Positions 46,008 to 58,119 of a DNA stretch of 64,000 bases are shown in pieces. The notes beneath the pieces are model-generated. The model was not told the DNA's origin. It saw only the letters and a list, made by a program, of their open reading frames with translations, and ran no database searches. Both the position numbers and the translations under genes were made by a program. The DNA lies in NCBI GenBank assembly GCA_048772705.1, contig JBLWGC010000204.1, positions 62,001-126,000 on the forward strand, given 5' to 3'. Every line of letters begins with the position of its first letter. The first letter of the stretch is position 1. Source of the DNA: Leidyana gryllorum EB-2025a (Eukaryota; Protista; Apicomplexa).

Positions 46008-47008
46008 CTTCCTTTTTTTCGCAAAGTCACTCAAAACCGGTTTTCCACTACGAATAAATGTCACGCCCATCCGGTTCCTCCTCGAATCGCTATATTCTCG
46101 CCTCCAATGCTACAATGCGGTTGGCTACTTGGAGAATAGACATGTCTTTGATCTGGTCGATGACTCTGGCAAGCGCTGCGCGCGGAGTTTCAGCCTTTGT
46201 CTCAGGCTCTTCTGGACGAGCCCTATCCGAGTCCACATCAATTGCACTTTCCGGTGTCGCTCCGCCAATGTCCTCACTCATATCCGTCGTCTCCCACCCG
46301 TCTCTCTGTTGCCCCGCCGAGCAGGAATCCAATTCTTTCCTTTGCCCCGAAAGGGGTCGTTCCGTCAGACTCCATCAATATAAGTTTCTCCACGAGCTCC
46401 GTCGGTAATCGCGTATAGTCTCCAGTCGTTCCCAAAAGACGCTGTCGCGCTCCGTACCAGAGATCCGTCCACACATCAATATAGCGTTGCCCTCCAGTCG
46501 GATCTAATTGATCACAGCTGCGACTCGCCGCCGCCTGCCATTGGAGCTTTCGACAATGTAATATTTCACCGCTCCGGTGTCTATGGTGGCTTTTGATTTC
46601 TCTGGCGTGAAATCCGCCCCAGATACATCCACTCTTCCACAAATGACCGGAGGGTCACCGCCACACTCCACCCCAACGCCCTTTTGCCCAGAACCCTCAA
46701 ATCGGGTATTACCGTCTCCAGAGGCTCGATGTCCACAAGCGCTATGCTCTCGTGGCCACGAGCACATAGATAATCACTCAAACTTTCAATCCACCAATCT
46801 CTACCAACAAAGGTACTGTGGTGTTGGCGAGAGCACCCCCCCACTCAGCAGATTCACAATAAGCCCTCCCCTCATCCCGCGGAGGGATGAAAGCTCAGAC
46901 TGGCGCTGGGTGTATCTCACTACAGATGACATCTCGGCTACTCTTTCTCACACCGAAAAATATATTTTTCTGTCAGTGTCAAAAGTTGTCTATTCGGCGT
47001 GATTCAGA

Positions 47009-48193
47009 TCAAAAGGCATCATACGCCCCCACATCCCCCAATTCGACTTGGGGGGAGGAACTCTCGAGCGTAAGATACTCTGGTGCTTCCTCTGAGATAT
47101 CGCTTTCCTCCAAAAGCAGTTTTGAGCTAGCGCGCTCACTGGCTTTGATTGTATCTATCTTAAGCTTCTGTTCTCTCGCCTTCTTCACCGCCTTTGAGAC
47201 CTTCTCTGGCTGTATACTTTTATTGTCCTTTTCTGACGCCTCAGCGTCTCTCTTAAGCCCTTCTCTTCCACTCTGGAGTACGCTGGCAGCAGCTTGCTGA
47301 AGTTCGCGGCGTAACTCCACAAACTCGGCAGCGGTTCCAATTTCACCTTCCTCAGCCTCGATCACTGTGCTGCCTGAGAGTCCCGTTTGGTGGGAGTGAG
47401 TGTGTGCCTCTGTCTGCTGCTCGGTGTCTGTTGTGACCAGATCGTTTTCGTCGGGCGATCTCTCAATAATGTATACGTATCCATCAACCGGCCACTTCTC
47501 CATCAGTGCGTTCGTTACCGGACGTTTATACCGATCCACTCTGGGATGAGAGAACTCCATTCTCTTCCCACTCCAAGTTTCCAGATAGAAACTCACTTGA
47601 CCAGTATTGATCAAACGCGCTGCATAAGCACCGGCCTTCTCTGGGTGGTCGGCCGGTACAATTGCAGTGGCAGAGTTCCCGTAATGATTGATGGCCACCA
47701 AGTCGAACCCTCGACGTCTCATTTGTCGGAGATGGGGCCAAATTGCCATCAATTTGTCCCCTCCCTCTCGTGGGAATTTATCAGTCATCTTCCCCGCCGT
47801 CAGCAGCAGCTTTCGAACTCTGTGGCACCCATAAGTGGTATGAAAATCTTTGTCCAACACTTTGAAAGGCCCCCACGAGACTGGCGACAGCACCGATGGA
47901 TGAAGACGCTTCTCTCCAACGGGTTCCACCAGTCCCAAAGGTTCTCCCACGTTTAATGGCTCATCATCCGACAGAGGCCAAGTCGACCGGTAGACTCCCT
48001 CGAGTTGTGGAACTAACCGCTGGCGGACAGATCGCCTCAACCCTCCGAAACGGGATAAACTTTTCGGCCTCGATCCTTCCTCAACGACTTCAGAAATGGG
48101 CATTCCGTCGCTGACTTCCCATCTTCCCGCGGTTTGAAGGCACAGTGCTCCAAGGAGAGACGCGAGAACCTGACGGCCAGACCGGGAGGGCAT
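47009..48193 (-). CDS. Hypothetical protein with putative signal peptide
   Basis: 394-aa ORF, N-terminal hydrophobic stretch VLASLLGALCLQTAG. Confidence 0.6.
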   Translation of the reverse strand: MPSRSGRQVLASLLGALCLQTAGRWEVSDGMPISEVVEEGSRPKSLSRFGGLRRSVRQRLVPQLEGVYRSTWPLSDDEPLNVGEPLGLVEPVGEKRLHPSVLSPVSWGPFKVLDKDFHTTYGCHRVRKLLLTAGKMTDKFPREGGDKLMAIWPHLRQMRRRGFDLVAINHYGNSATAIVPADHPEKAGAYAARLINTGQVSFYLETWSGKRMEFSHPRVDRYKRPVTNALMEKWPVDGYVYIIERSPDENDLVTTDTEQQTEAHTHSHQTGLSGSTVIEAEEGEIGTAAEFVELRRELQQAAASVLQSGREGLKRDAEASEKDNKSIQPEKVSKAVKKAREQKLKIDTIKASERASSKLLLEESDISEEAPEYLTLESSSPQVELGDVGAYDAF

Positions 48194-48262
48194 TCAGAAT
48201 ACTTTCCCAATAATCCTTTGTGAGAATTCTTTTTGATACTCAAAGCCAGAGAGTCGCTCGTC

Positions 48263-49096
48263 TCAAAATCCTTCTTCCTCCTCCTGACAGCTTTCAGCCA
48301 TCAGCGCTTCACTGACCGCCCCTGTTCCATCGATCACTTCCTTTCCCATGAGCGGCCCCAAGTGCTTCCAAAACAAGTTCGATACGAAAGTCCAGAGTCC
48401 GGTCTGCTGAGCTGTTCCCTCAGTTTGTTCCTCTTCTTGGGCTATTTGGTCAGGGGGGACCGGAGCACCACACCGGGGAACCTTCAATGCTGAGAACTCC
48501 ATCATCTGTCCCTTTCTTGTCAGAACGTGAATACTGCAAATGCCATCTTCTATTCGCTTCTCCAAGGCGGACAAAGCCGCCATTCCATCGTCCCAGTTGT
48601 AAACAAAGTACTTTGACGTCTGGTGGTTGATACCAAAGAGACACGCGTACTTGGGCGTCTCCACCAGGTGGTTCCACAAGGCTCTCAGCTCTGGGATCCC
48701 CCATATCCGCTTGGGTGGGATACCTTTCGCAGCAAGCATTGCAGCCACTCGCTCTGCTCGTTTCTCCTGCCGGTAGTAATGCTCGGCGTAGCGAGGCTCA
48801 TCTCTGGGCACCGACACTCCTCCATTGTCCACCTGAATTCGGGGAACTCCCGCTAATCGATAGTACTCTCCCTCGTCATCCTCAGACATTGAGTCTTCGG
48901 AAATGTCATACGTTGCACAAACGGACGCACTTTGCACTCCAACGCTGAGAAGAAACAGCGGACCCGCCGTCACAAGTCTTGATGGGGATACTTGAACAAC
49001 TTTCATTTTCCAGACTATTGTCCAAAAATTGGCAAAAAGGGTCACTCGAAGCCCCAGACACATAGCAGTCTTGTCGAAAGGTGACCCCCTTACCAC
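48263..49096 (-). CDS. Hypothetical protein, possibly secreted
   Basis: 277-aa ORF; internal MKVV...PLFLLSVGVQSA is a likely start and signal. Confidence 0.55.
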   Translation of the reverse strand: MVRGSPFDKTAMCLGLRVTLFANFWTIVWKMKVVQVSPSRLVTAGPLFLLSVGVQSASVCATYDISEDSMSEDDEGEYYRLAGVPRIQVDNGGVSVPRDEPRYAEHYYRQEKRAERVAAMLAAKGIPPKRIWGIPELRALWNHLVETPKYACLFGINHQTSKYFVYNWDDGMAALSALEKRIEDGICSIHVLTRKGQMMEFSALKVPRCGAPVPPDQIAQEEEQTEGTAQQTGLWTFVSNLFWKHLGPLMGKEVIDGTGAVSEALMAESCQEEEEGF

Positions 49097-49657
49097 TGAA
49101 CTTTGGAACAGACCGAATGATGCGGGAGTGCCTCCGTTGTTGACCGCTACCGATCAGTCTCTGATGCGGCCGATTATCCGCAGATTACATTTTCGGGATC
49201 TAAGCTGGTGGTGCCTTATGTGTTACATACATAGCCTGGTGCCCTTCCATACCGGATGAGGGCCTCACACTCAAAAAAGATGACATCCGAGCGCAAAGTT
49301 ACTTTATACGCTGCGGTTTTGCCACTCGCAGAGATCACCTCAGTCACTGTTCGCCAACTTCTACAGCACACACACACACATATATAGGGCAGTACGCGGA
49401 AGACAGAGATTGTACTTTATTATGCAATATATTAATGAATTGGCGTTTTTACCTCGGATCGCGACCATTCCCCCGTCGCGGATGAGGAGCGCGGCGTCGG
49501 TTCACGGCTGTGGGGTATATTGAAGAGGAGTAGGTGGCCGGTACCGCCAGCGGGAGCGCGAGAGAGTATAGGCAAAAGAAGACCAAACAGGATTTATCGA
49601 AAAACAAAACTCTTTTGGTGATTTTTTACCGCTCTCCAGAGGTGTCTTCGCAGCAAA

Positions 49658-50312
49658 ATGGACAACGCAACTCAGCAGCAGGCCGTCAGTGAGGTCTCAA
49701 AGATTCTGGCCGAGGTCGTGGAGAGCACCACCTCTGCCGAGGTGCGCGCTGCCGTCCAGGCGATCAAGGTGGTGAAGGTTAAGGAGGTGGAGGTGGACAG
49801 CTCGAGAAAGGTAAGATTGCAAATAGTCCATTGGTCACATAATTATGTGTTTTACGTCAGGCGTTGGTGGTCGTCGTCCCCTACACTACCTATAAGACCC
49901 ACGTTAAGCCCAACCACCAGAGACTTCTGACCGAGCTCGAGAAGAAGAGCAAGCGCCATGTTGTCATCATCGCTCACCGCGCGATCATGAAGAAGAACAC
50001 CAAGCGCCCTGGCCTCCGTATTCGTCCCCGGTCCCGAACTCTCACTTCCGTCCAAGATGCCATCCTGGTAAGCCGCCCCCCCTTCCTTCCCTTTCTACTC
50101 CCGCTCTCCAGGAGGATGTGGTCGGCCCTACCGAAATTGTTGGACGGAGAATGCGCGTCAAGGTTGACGGCACTCAGATCCACAAGATCCTCCTTGACCC
50201 CCGGGATAAAACCAAGGACAACTTGGAGGAGAAGCTCCCCACTTTCGCTGCTGTCTACCAGACATTGACCAGCAAGCGGGCCGTCTTCGACTTCCCCGAA
50301 TACACCCTCTGA
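49658..50312 (+). CDS. RPS7: 40S ribosomal protein eS7
   Basis: ELEKK...HVVIIAHR, RPRSRTLTSV, PTEIVGRR; introns 49811-49860 and 50068-50111. Confidence 0.95.
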
Positions 50313-50706
50313 GCTGCATGATTTGCTGAATTCTTTTGGTGGGTTGCGTGGAGCGAACTAAACAGCTGCGATGTGCTTGGCGGAGATCCGCGAATCACAA
50401 CAACACTAGTAGTGCACCCAAACCCGGACACTCTGCCGCCCCCAACACGCACACATCTGGGCCCCAGTCCAGTCAGTGAACGGACGAAAGAGCGATCTCG
50501 CGCACCTGCTGATCTATCTCTCGCCATCTTAGGTATCATGAGATGGTATCCTCAAAAAAAAGCGAGCCACCTGCACCCCCGGCGCGCCCACAATTCGAGC
50601 GAGCCCGACTTAGATTAATACTAAGCGGCGCTGAAGCGTAATATTGTAGTCCAATGTTCTGTGCGAGTGTTGTGTTGGAAGAAGCTAACGACTAACGAGG
50701 GGTCAG

Positions 50707-52120
50707 TCAGAAAGTTTTCCTGGCCATATTCGGGATTCCAAGCCCTATACAGCTCAATACTATCTGATTATGACGTTTGACTTTCTCTATCTCCTCTCGG
50801 TCTTCTACGATGCCTTCTTCCGCTTCTTCTTCCTTATTGCTACCCTCACCTTCATCTATTGGCTGCTCTACATCTGCATCATGCTCCGCTAACCGCCGGG
50901 CAAACGACTCCACATTGAATTTGAACTCAAGAAAGTCGTATAGCAAACGCATCAGCTCGACACTGTGTGGGGTCAATCGCCCAATCACCGCCTATAGGGA
51001 GAAATATGTGCATCACTATCAAACTGCTGCCACCCCTTACCCGACACGGCCCGTGATCCTCCGCCAGTGCCATGTATAGTATTGGAATCCATTGGAATTG
51101 TGAGTCGCACACTCCACCTTCCATTATTTCCGACAGCAGCCGGCAAACCGCGCTTTCGGCAACTTCGCAGGACGGCTCATCGCGCTCGTTCTGTCCACCG
51201 CTCACATTCGTTGTCAACGCCCCCTTCTTCTTCTTGCTGAGAAGCTCCTCTATCTTATGTTTCGCCAAAAAACGGCTTTGAAGCTTCTCGGCGGCACCAC
51301 TTCCACCCTCCCCCGATTCGGCGAGGGTGTCCATGACTTCGTCAGCCGTGTAGCAGAAGCCTTTCATCGTCTCTGCATACAGACTCACACCCATTCCCCG
51401 CGACTTCCCCGCTTTCTCCCCCGTACAAAGATCGCCTGCGATCTCCACGTGGTTCAGCATATCCGAGAGGATGCCCCGCGCCCGGTCAACGGCTCGCGTG
51501 GCGAACAATGGACTCAAGTGGCAAGTGAAAACAGTGCCCTTCACGCTCTTAACTCGACCAGCTCTAAGCAGCTGAAAAGGCTTAATGCGCTTCACAGGCC
51601 TACACCGGAACCGAACTCGTCCTCCACCTTCTGGCAAAAGCCCACGTCTGATAATGTCCAATTGGAAATCGGCTTCTTCAAGGCCACATTTCTGTGCCAA
51701 TGTGAATGCCCCAACGCGAAAAGAATCAACCGTAATATCCTTGGGATGATCAGTTACTCCTCTCAGCACAATGTCCACACCGTTTTTGCAGAAAGGACCA
51801 ATCATCATTAAGAACTCCAAACAGTACGTCAGACCGCGTTCCTTCGAGCAAAGCAGCGATTCGGTACCTTCCTCACACCCTTCCAGAAGCCCAGGGGTGA
51901 ACTCGAGCTCCAGTAAAGTCTTCTCGTCCATCTTCATCTCAATACCGTCACTCAACTTTTCCACCAGCCGCATGATGTCTCCCTCATGGGCGTGCAGACC
52001 TGGCCGCTCCGAGTCGTCCACTCGAATGTCCGTTATATGGATTGGGATGCCTGTCAAACATGACAGGGCAACGCGATGCCGGAAACCGGCACTTCCTGTA
52101 TACTTCCGCACCCGCTCCAT
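50707..52120 (-). CDS. RCL1: RNA 3'-terminal phosphate cyclase-like protein RCL1
   Basis: FRHRVALSCLTG, PGL, GPFCK, LRGVT, RRGLLPEGGG, C.GLG..N; intron 50992-51040. Confidence 0.9.
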
Positions 52121-52133
52121 CAGAGCAAAAAAG

Positions 52134-52667
52134 TCAAAAATCCGTCTTCGGCCGTGGATTATACCCAGCCAGCACTGGTAGCTTGGACCTCAACTTGCTA
52201 ATGAATAATTCACGTTGTGCAACTGTGCCCAATGCACGATTGTTCCCTTCCAGTGCACTTGAGATTTCCCGTAACTGTTTGTCACGTCATTGCTGTAACC
52301 CACAGGATAACCTTACCGCATCGGAGGTCGCATGGAGTAATTCCAGTTCTCCTCGTAATGCTTCAGCTCCCTGTTGGAGATGTCTCTATCACATAGTTAT
52401 TATCTAACTCACCCATTCCCCTTCATCCATAGCCTCGCTGATCAGATACTTCTCTACCAAGTCTTGGGTCAAATGCAGATGTCTAGTGATCGCAGGATGG
52501 AAGACTATAGTTGTTCGCAATTCGTGGCCTACTCGCTCTCCGGTTCTGAATTTTGATCGGACTAGCTATACTCCAATACCCTCACTCTCACCTATCAACT
52601 GTAATCGGATCTTAGAGACCACCGCGGCACTGGTGAGTCCTATCAGAAGACTCAACGCGGCTCGCAT
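52134..52667 (-). CDS. Small putative secreted protein (139 aa, 4 exons), absent from ORF track
   Basis: MRAALSLLIGLTSAAV signal; GT-AG introns 52562-52591, 52371-52412 and 52275-52316 give one open frame ending at TGA 52134. Confidence 0.45.
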
Positions 52668-52693
52668 GTCTCGGGGCGCCACACGTGTGTGCC

Positions 52694-55600
52694 TCAATGA
52701 CGGGTCTTCTTAGTCAACGCTTTGTCGGATTTCGTGGCATTTGTACGACCAATCGGTGGCCAGTACTTCGTACGGCTCGCCAAAGGGAACAGAGCGTCTT
52801 GGACTGAGTATGGCTTCTTCTGCCAATCAGTCTGGATGAAGTCTTCCACTGTGTGCGGTGCATTTCGCACAGGATTATTGTCCGCCGGCTGCCGGATAGG
52901 GCTGATTTGAACTCACGCCTCTCCTACTCACCCATTGTCCTGACGCGATCCGAGCAGATTCCTCGGCAATCTTGATTATCGCATCGGCGAAGGCGTCAAG
53001 CGATTCCCTAGAATGCTTCGGCTGCACACGGCACGAATCGCACCAAACTTACTTGTTCTCGCACTCCGTCGGCTCTATCATCAAAGCTTTGCGAATGGGC
53101 CAGGACATGGTGGGCGCATGGTATCCATAGTCCATCAGGCGTTTCGCAATGTCCTCTTCGGTCACATCGGCCTGTGTGAGAGCTTTGAGATCTAAAATAA
53201 ACTCGTGGCCGCAATAATCTTCCTTTCCGTGGCAGACGCTTAAGCCAGCAGTGGTTAGGCGGTGTTTGAGATAGTTGGCGTTCAAAATGGCTGCGCACAA
53301 ACGTCAGGACTTGCGATTGTGATAGACTCACCAACTTGACTTGATCTTTGAAGCCCCTTCTTCCCCATCATGAGGAGGTATACCCAAGGTATCGCGAGTA
53401 GACTGGCGCTACCCAATGGCGAGTGCGTGAAACTGACAATCTCATCTCCCGAGATGTTGCCGGTTTCCAGCCCCATTTGTTGTAGCAGTCGAGGATTTGA
53501 TTGGAAGTGACGGTGGGAAGGTAGGAACTCGCGAAGTTTGGCGGTGACACACACTGGGCCGACGCCCGGCCCTCCTCCGCCATGCGGGATGCCAAATGTC
53601 TTGTGGAGATTGAGATGGCAAGCATCAGCACCGATTTTGCGCGGGTTTGTCAGCCCCATTTGAGCATTCATGTTGGCGCCATCCACATAGACTAGGGCGC
53701 CGATTTGATGAACAAGGCGGGTAGCTCTGAGATGAATTACAGGAATGAGAGCAGTTGCGCTGGTTGTTGACTCACTCTATGACTTCTTGCTCGAAGATCC
53801 CGTGCGTGGACGGATAAGTTACCATGAAGCATCCAACATCCGATCCGTGCTGGTCCAGGGCCTTGCGCAAATGGTCTAGATCTATGTGACCATTCGGTTT
53901 GAGATTGATCTGCACCACCTCAAAGCCGGAGAGGGTCGCTGAAGCGTTGTTTGTGCCATGTGCAGAAGCTGGGATCAGACAGATTTTCCGGTTGGCTTGT
54001 CCTGTGGCTTTGTGATACTCTCTGATTGCATACAAGCCGGCCACCTCGCCTGCGCTTCCAGCGTTGGGCTGCAGCGAGCAGTAGTCCAGGCCGGTTATTT
54101 GACAGAGGAAGGTCGCAAGCATGGATGCGATGAGCACTGTGCCCTTAGTCTGCCACACAGGCGCGAGAGGGTGGGTATTCTGGAGTGTTGTATTGGTGAA
54201 GGCTGCAGTGATGCCGGCCGATGGATTATGTTTCATTGTGCAGGAGCCCAAAGGGATCATGGAGTTTTGGAGGCCTATATCTTTGTTGCCGAGTTCGTTG
54301 ACCCAGCGCAACATATCGGTATCGGATCTCCCGGTCTTCCAGCCGTCTTTCTCGAGGAAAGGGCTCGAGCGCACTACTGGAGGCGATCGGGGCAGCGGTA
54401 CCGTGGCACAGCTGAAGAGGCTGAGTTCACGGGCCGCCTTATAGAGGGCATGCAGGACTTGTTTGTAGACATCTTCGTCGCAGAGTAGCTCGTCGACGTG
54501 GATGCGGCAGACTCCGCGGTGAATATCATAGGCGAAGTTCAGCTTGCTATCTTCAGCCCATTTCCGAATGACTCCGAGATCACGTCGTCGAATTCCCACG
54601 ACACCAAAATGGCGTCCATAACGGAGCCAGCTGTTCTCTCCTTCGACACTGAAGCCGAGCTCGCGTGCGGCTTCAGCCAGCTCCGAGGTTCTAGAGTACA
54701 CTTTCCTCGCTAATTCTTTGATTGCGTCAGAGCCTTTGTATGCCACCCAAAACTGAGCCATTACAGCTGGCAGTGATTGCGCAGTACAGATATTAGAAGT
54801 CGCATTCTCTCGTCGGATATGTTGTTCCCGAGTTTGTAAGGCGAGACGGTATCCCTTGCGCCCATTGGCGTCTTCAGCTACGGCCACGAGCCTACCGGGC
54901 AGCTGCGTAGAGCGTGAGAGAGTTGCTTGCTATAAGGAAGTGTACCTGACGGACTAGCTCATTGGTTACAGCAAAGTAGGCAGCTGCGGGGCCTCCCGTT
55001 CCCATGGGAACACCAAATCTGCGGGGTGGGTGAATGTGTGAGAACGAGAGAATGCTGATCACCTTTGGCTGGAGCCGAGCACTATGTCAGCTCCCTGGCG
55101 GCCTGGGGGCTCGAAGAGGACCAAGGCGAGGGGATCGGTGATTGCAATTACTTTGGCTTTGAAGTCATGGCATTGACTAGCTAAGCGGCTGACATTTGAG
55201 ACGATTCTGCCAGCAACGTCTGGTGTTTGGTATAGCACCGCCACTACGTTGTCCATTCCAGGCAGTCCATCCAAGAGGTCAAATTCGCGTACAGAGATAT
55301 TGAGAAACTTGAGACGAGTTCGCAGTACATCAGTGATCATCGGGCATACACCTCGATCGACCAGGACGGATATTTTCCCATCTTCCAGATCGGATGTGCG
55401 TTTGGCCAAAAGAACTGCCTCAACGGCAGCTGACGCGACATCCAGTAGCCCGGCGTTTGCCACCGGAAGGCCTGTGAGTTCGGCAAAGATATTCTGAAAG
55501 TTGTACAACGCCTCGAGACGCCCTTGACTAATTTCAGCTTGGTAGGGGGTATACGCAGAGTACCAAGCCGGGTTAAGGAGAACATTGTTGACCAGCACTG

Positions 55601-56096
55601 CAGGAGTGTGTGTGTTGTAGGAGTGGGCTCCGAGGAAAGACCGCCAATTCCTCTCATTGAGACTGAGAACTTCTCCCAGAAGTTCCTGGCCTCTGCGTTC
55701 GCTCAGACCTTCCTCTGGCAGTCCTCGGCCCAGATCGTCTTCGGCTGGTACGATCGCACTACGGGCGTAGGGGATCACCTTGTCGGCCAGCTCATCCAAA
55801 GAAGTCATGCCCACGGCTTTCAACATTTCGGCTATCTCGCTGTCGCTGGGCCCCAGCATCCGGCTTACATACGACCCGTCACCGGCCGGAAGTCTGTCCC
55901 CCAATCGTCCATGATCTATACACACTGACCGATCGAGGAGAGTGCGCGCTTCCGGGACGTCGGTGGCCGGAGGCTGTGAGGTGGGTCTGTAGATGGCTTC
56001 AACGTCATTTGCGATTCCTAAACCCGTCGTCAGCAGTCGTCGATGGAGTCGCCAGGACAGCGACAGCTTGGAATGGGATCCTTGAACTGGCAACAT
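52694..56096 (-). CDS. GLDC: Glycine dehydrogenase (decarboxylating), glycine cleavage system P-protein
   Basis: YTPYQAEISQGRLE, RLALQTREQHIRRENATSNICTAQ, MIPLGSCTMK, SAHGTN, DGANMNAQ, PLP lysine HLNLHKTF, HGGGGPG, MIEPTE; Arg/Ser/Leu-rich transit-like N-terminus; multiple short introns. Confidence 0.95.
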
Positions 56097-56135
56097 CGGC
56101 AGTCCCACGTGCGGAAATACTACCACTTTTTTGTG

Positions 56136-56955
56136 ATGCCTAGGGTCGGTGTTCTGGGTGGTAGTTTCAATCCCGTGACTTACGGTCACCTTCTGCAGGC
56201 CTCAGAGCTGCTCAGCTTTGCGGTAACTTCTGATCCAGAAGTACCCTTTTTCGACTGTATATACCTGCTACCGTGTGGAGATGATAGGTACTTTTCGAAC
56301 ACCAGTTGCGATCGGAACTATCTATCAGATATGACAAGAGTGTTACCATTCCGGCTGCTGAGCGATTGAAGATGCTCGAAGCGGCAGTCGATTGGTACAA
56401 ATCGCAATATGGACAGCATTTGCAGCTGCAAGTGTGCGACTTGGAGATCCAAAATGGCAGCTATCTGCCGACAGCCGAGGTCCATCGACAACTGACGACT
56501 CTGCAGCCCGACACAGAGTTTCATTTCGTCATCGGGGACGATCTGCTGTCTCGTTTTTCAACGTGGTAAAGGTGGAAACTTTGGCCCACACATCACATTC
56601 TCTCTCACAGGAAACAACCACAATACCTCTTGGACAGTGTGCCCTTTGTTGTCTTGGAACGAGATGGAGCCCCGAGGAGCACCTCCGGGGATACTCCGCT
56701 CCTCAGGAAACTGCTCCATGTTGCTGATGTTGCCGTTCGCCCCGTGACAGCAATGTCGACCAGCTCTACTGACATTCGTCACCGGGCGGCTACCTTTTGG
56801 AGCAAATCCAACGAGCCCAAGTTGACCGATCTCCAGGTATGCGAGAGGGCGATTCGAGCAACACACTTCCTTAATTTCAGACGCTGATGGCCGGAGTCCT
56901 CGTCCCTCCTGTCACCCTTGCCATCTGGAACAATAAGTATTACAAGGCCTCGTAG
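56136..56955 (+). CDS. Nicotinate/nicotinamide mononucleotide adenylyltransferase (NadD/NMNAT-like)
   Basis: GGSFNPVTYGH (HxGH-type), FVIGDD...W, TSSTDIR; three short introns. Confidence 0.85.
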
Positions 56956-56985
56956 TGTAACATCCATAAAATGTATGTGGCACCT

Positions 56986-58091
56986 TCATCGGTTGTGACG
57001 CCCTCGCCCGGGAAGATCAGAGCCTCTGGTCCTCGGGCGCGTATCTCGAAGTGAATTTGACACCTCCGATGTCTTAGTTTCATCCTGAGAGTCTCGCGGT
57101 CGGCAGTACCACGGCACGTTGTGCGCTTCTTTCGAGAAACTGCTCTCAGCCCCCTTCTCGTGCAGCAACGCCGACAGCTGCTCTGCGTGGACCTTCCGTC
57201 GTTCTTGATCAGCTCTCTCCTCGGCTTCGAAAAGATGTATATGGCGCTTCACTCTCCTCTCCCCACTCCAGCTATCCCTTCTGCTCAAGACGACACGAGA
57301 CGGCTGGTGACGTTCTTCTCTCTCCTCGTCACGCTGATCGCCAAATCGCTCGTCAACAAGTCCCCTCCGTTCCTTCTCAGGGGAGGCATCAACTCTATGG
57401 CCCCAATCCCGCCGTCTCTCTGCCGAAGGCTGGGAGTTCCCCTTCTCGAGTGAATCTCGGCGTCTCTCATCGCGCGTCTCTCTCCGTCTCTCATCGCGAG
57501 TCTCTCTGCGTCTCTCATCGCGAGTCTCTCTGCGTTTCTCATCGCGAGTCTCTCTGCGTTTCTCATCGCGCGTCTCTCTCCGTCTCTCATCGCGAGTCTC
57601 TGACCACCTCTTCTCGCATGGATCTCGGCGTCTTTCATCACGAGTGTCCCGACGTTTCTCGTAGATTTCTCTGACTGACGGAGGTGTCCGGGGACGGCAA
57701 TGCGGAGGCATCAAGTCCTCCGCTGGACGCACTGGAGACGGTGGCTCAGGGGAGGTGGGTCTCTGTTCGACTCTCTCGTGCGCCAGAATAGTTGGAGAGA
57801 GGGGTTTGTGGCGTTTCTCGCCATTTTCAGCGTCAGGATGGGAGGAGGGTGGCTCGGTGCGTCTTCGTTTGCGGAGAGCTCCTAGGCTCTGGTTGAGGCG
57901 AGCTTCATTGATTTGCTTTTCCTCTTCACGCCTTTGAGCTTCGGCTTTTGCTTTATCCTTGTCAACTTTGAGTCTGAATTGCACCACGGGTTGTATGGTG
58001 TGGGGTTGGGTTTTGTTGGTTACCGATTGTCGAGATTGTATACATTCCAAGACTTCTGGAATAGGATATTAAGTCCTCCGTGGCCTCCCAT
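56986..58091 (-). CDS. LENG1 / CIR N-terminal domain protein with RRETRDE repeats
   Basis: Exon 1 MGGHGGLNILFQKSWNVYNLDNR; intron 57974-58023; HLF and PWY motifs. Confidence 0.8.
57458..57600. repeat. 21-bp coding tandem repeat (RRETRDE x ~6)
   Basis: tctc(t/c)gcgt(c/t)tctcatcgcg units. Confidence 0.9.
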
Positions 58092-58119
58092 TTGACTTTT
58101 TTGGGTAACGTATATCTAT

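Noticed and set aside
46090-46933. Several overlapping minus-strand ORFs suggesting a multi-exon gene
   Set aside because: Probably coding, but I could not resolve consistent splice sites or a family, so it is not called.
57458-57600. Regular short repeats resembling a CRISPR array
   Set aside because: No unique spacers; in-frame 7-aa coding repeat in a eukaryotic gene.
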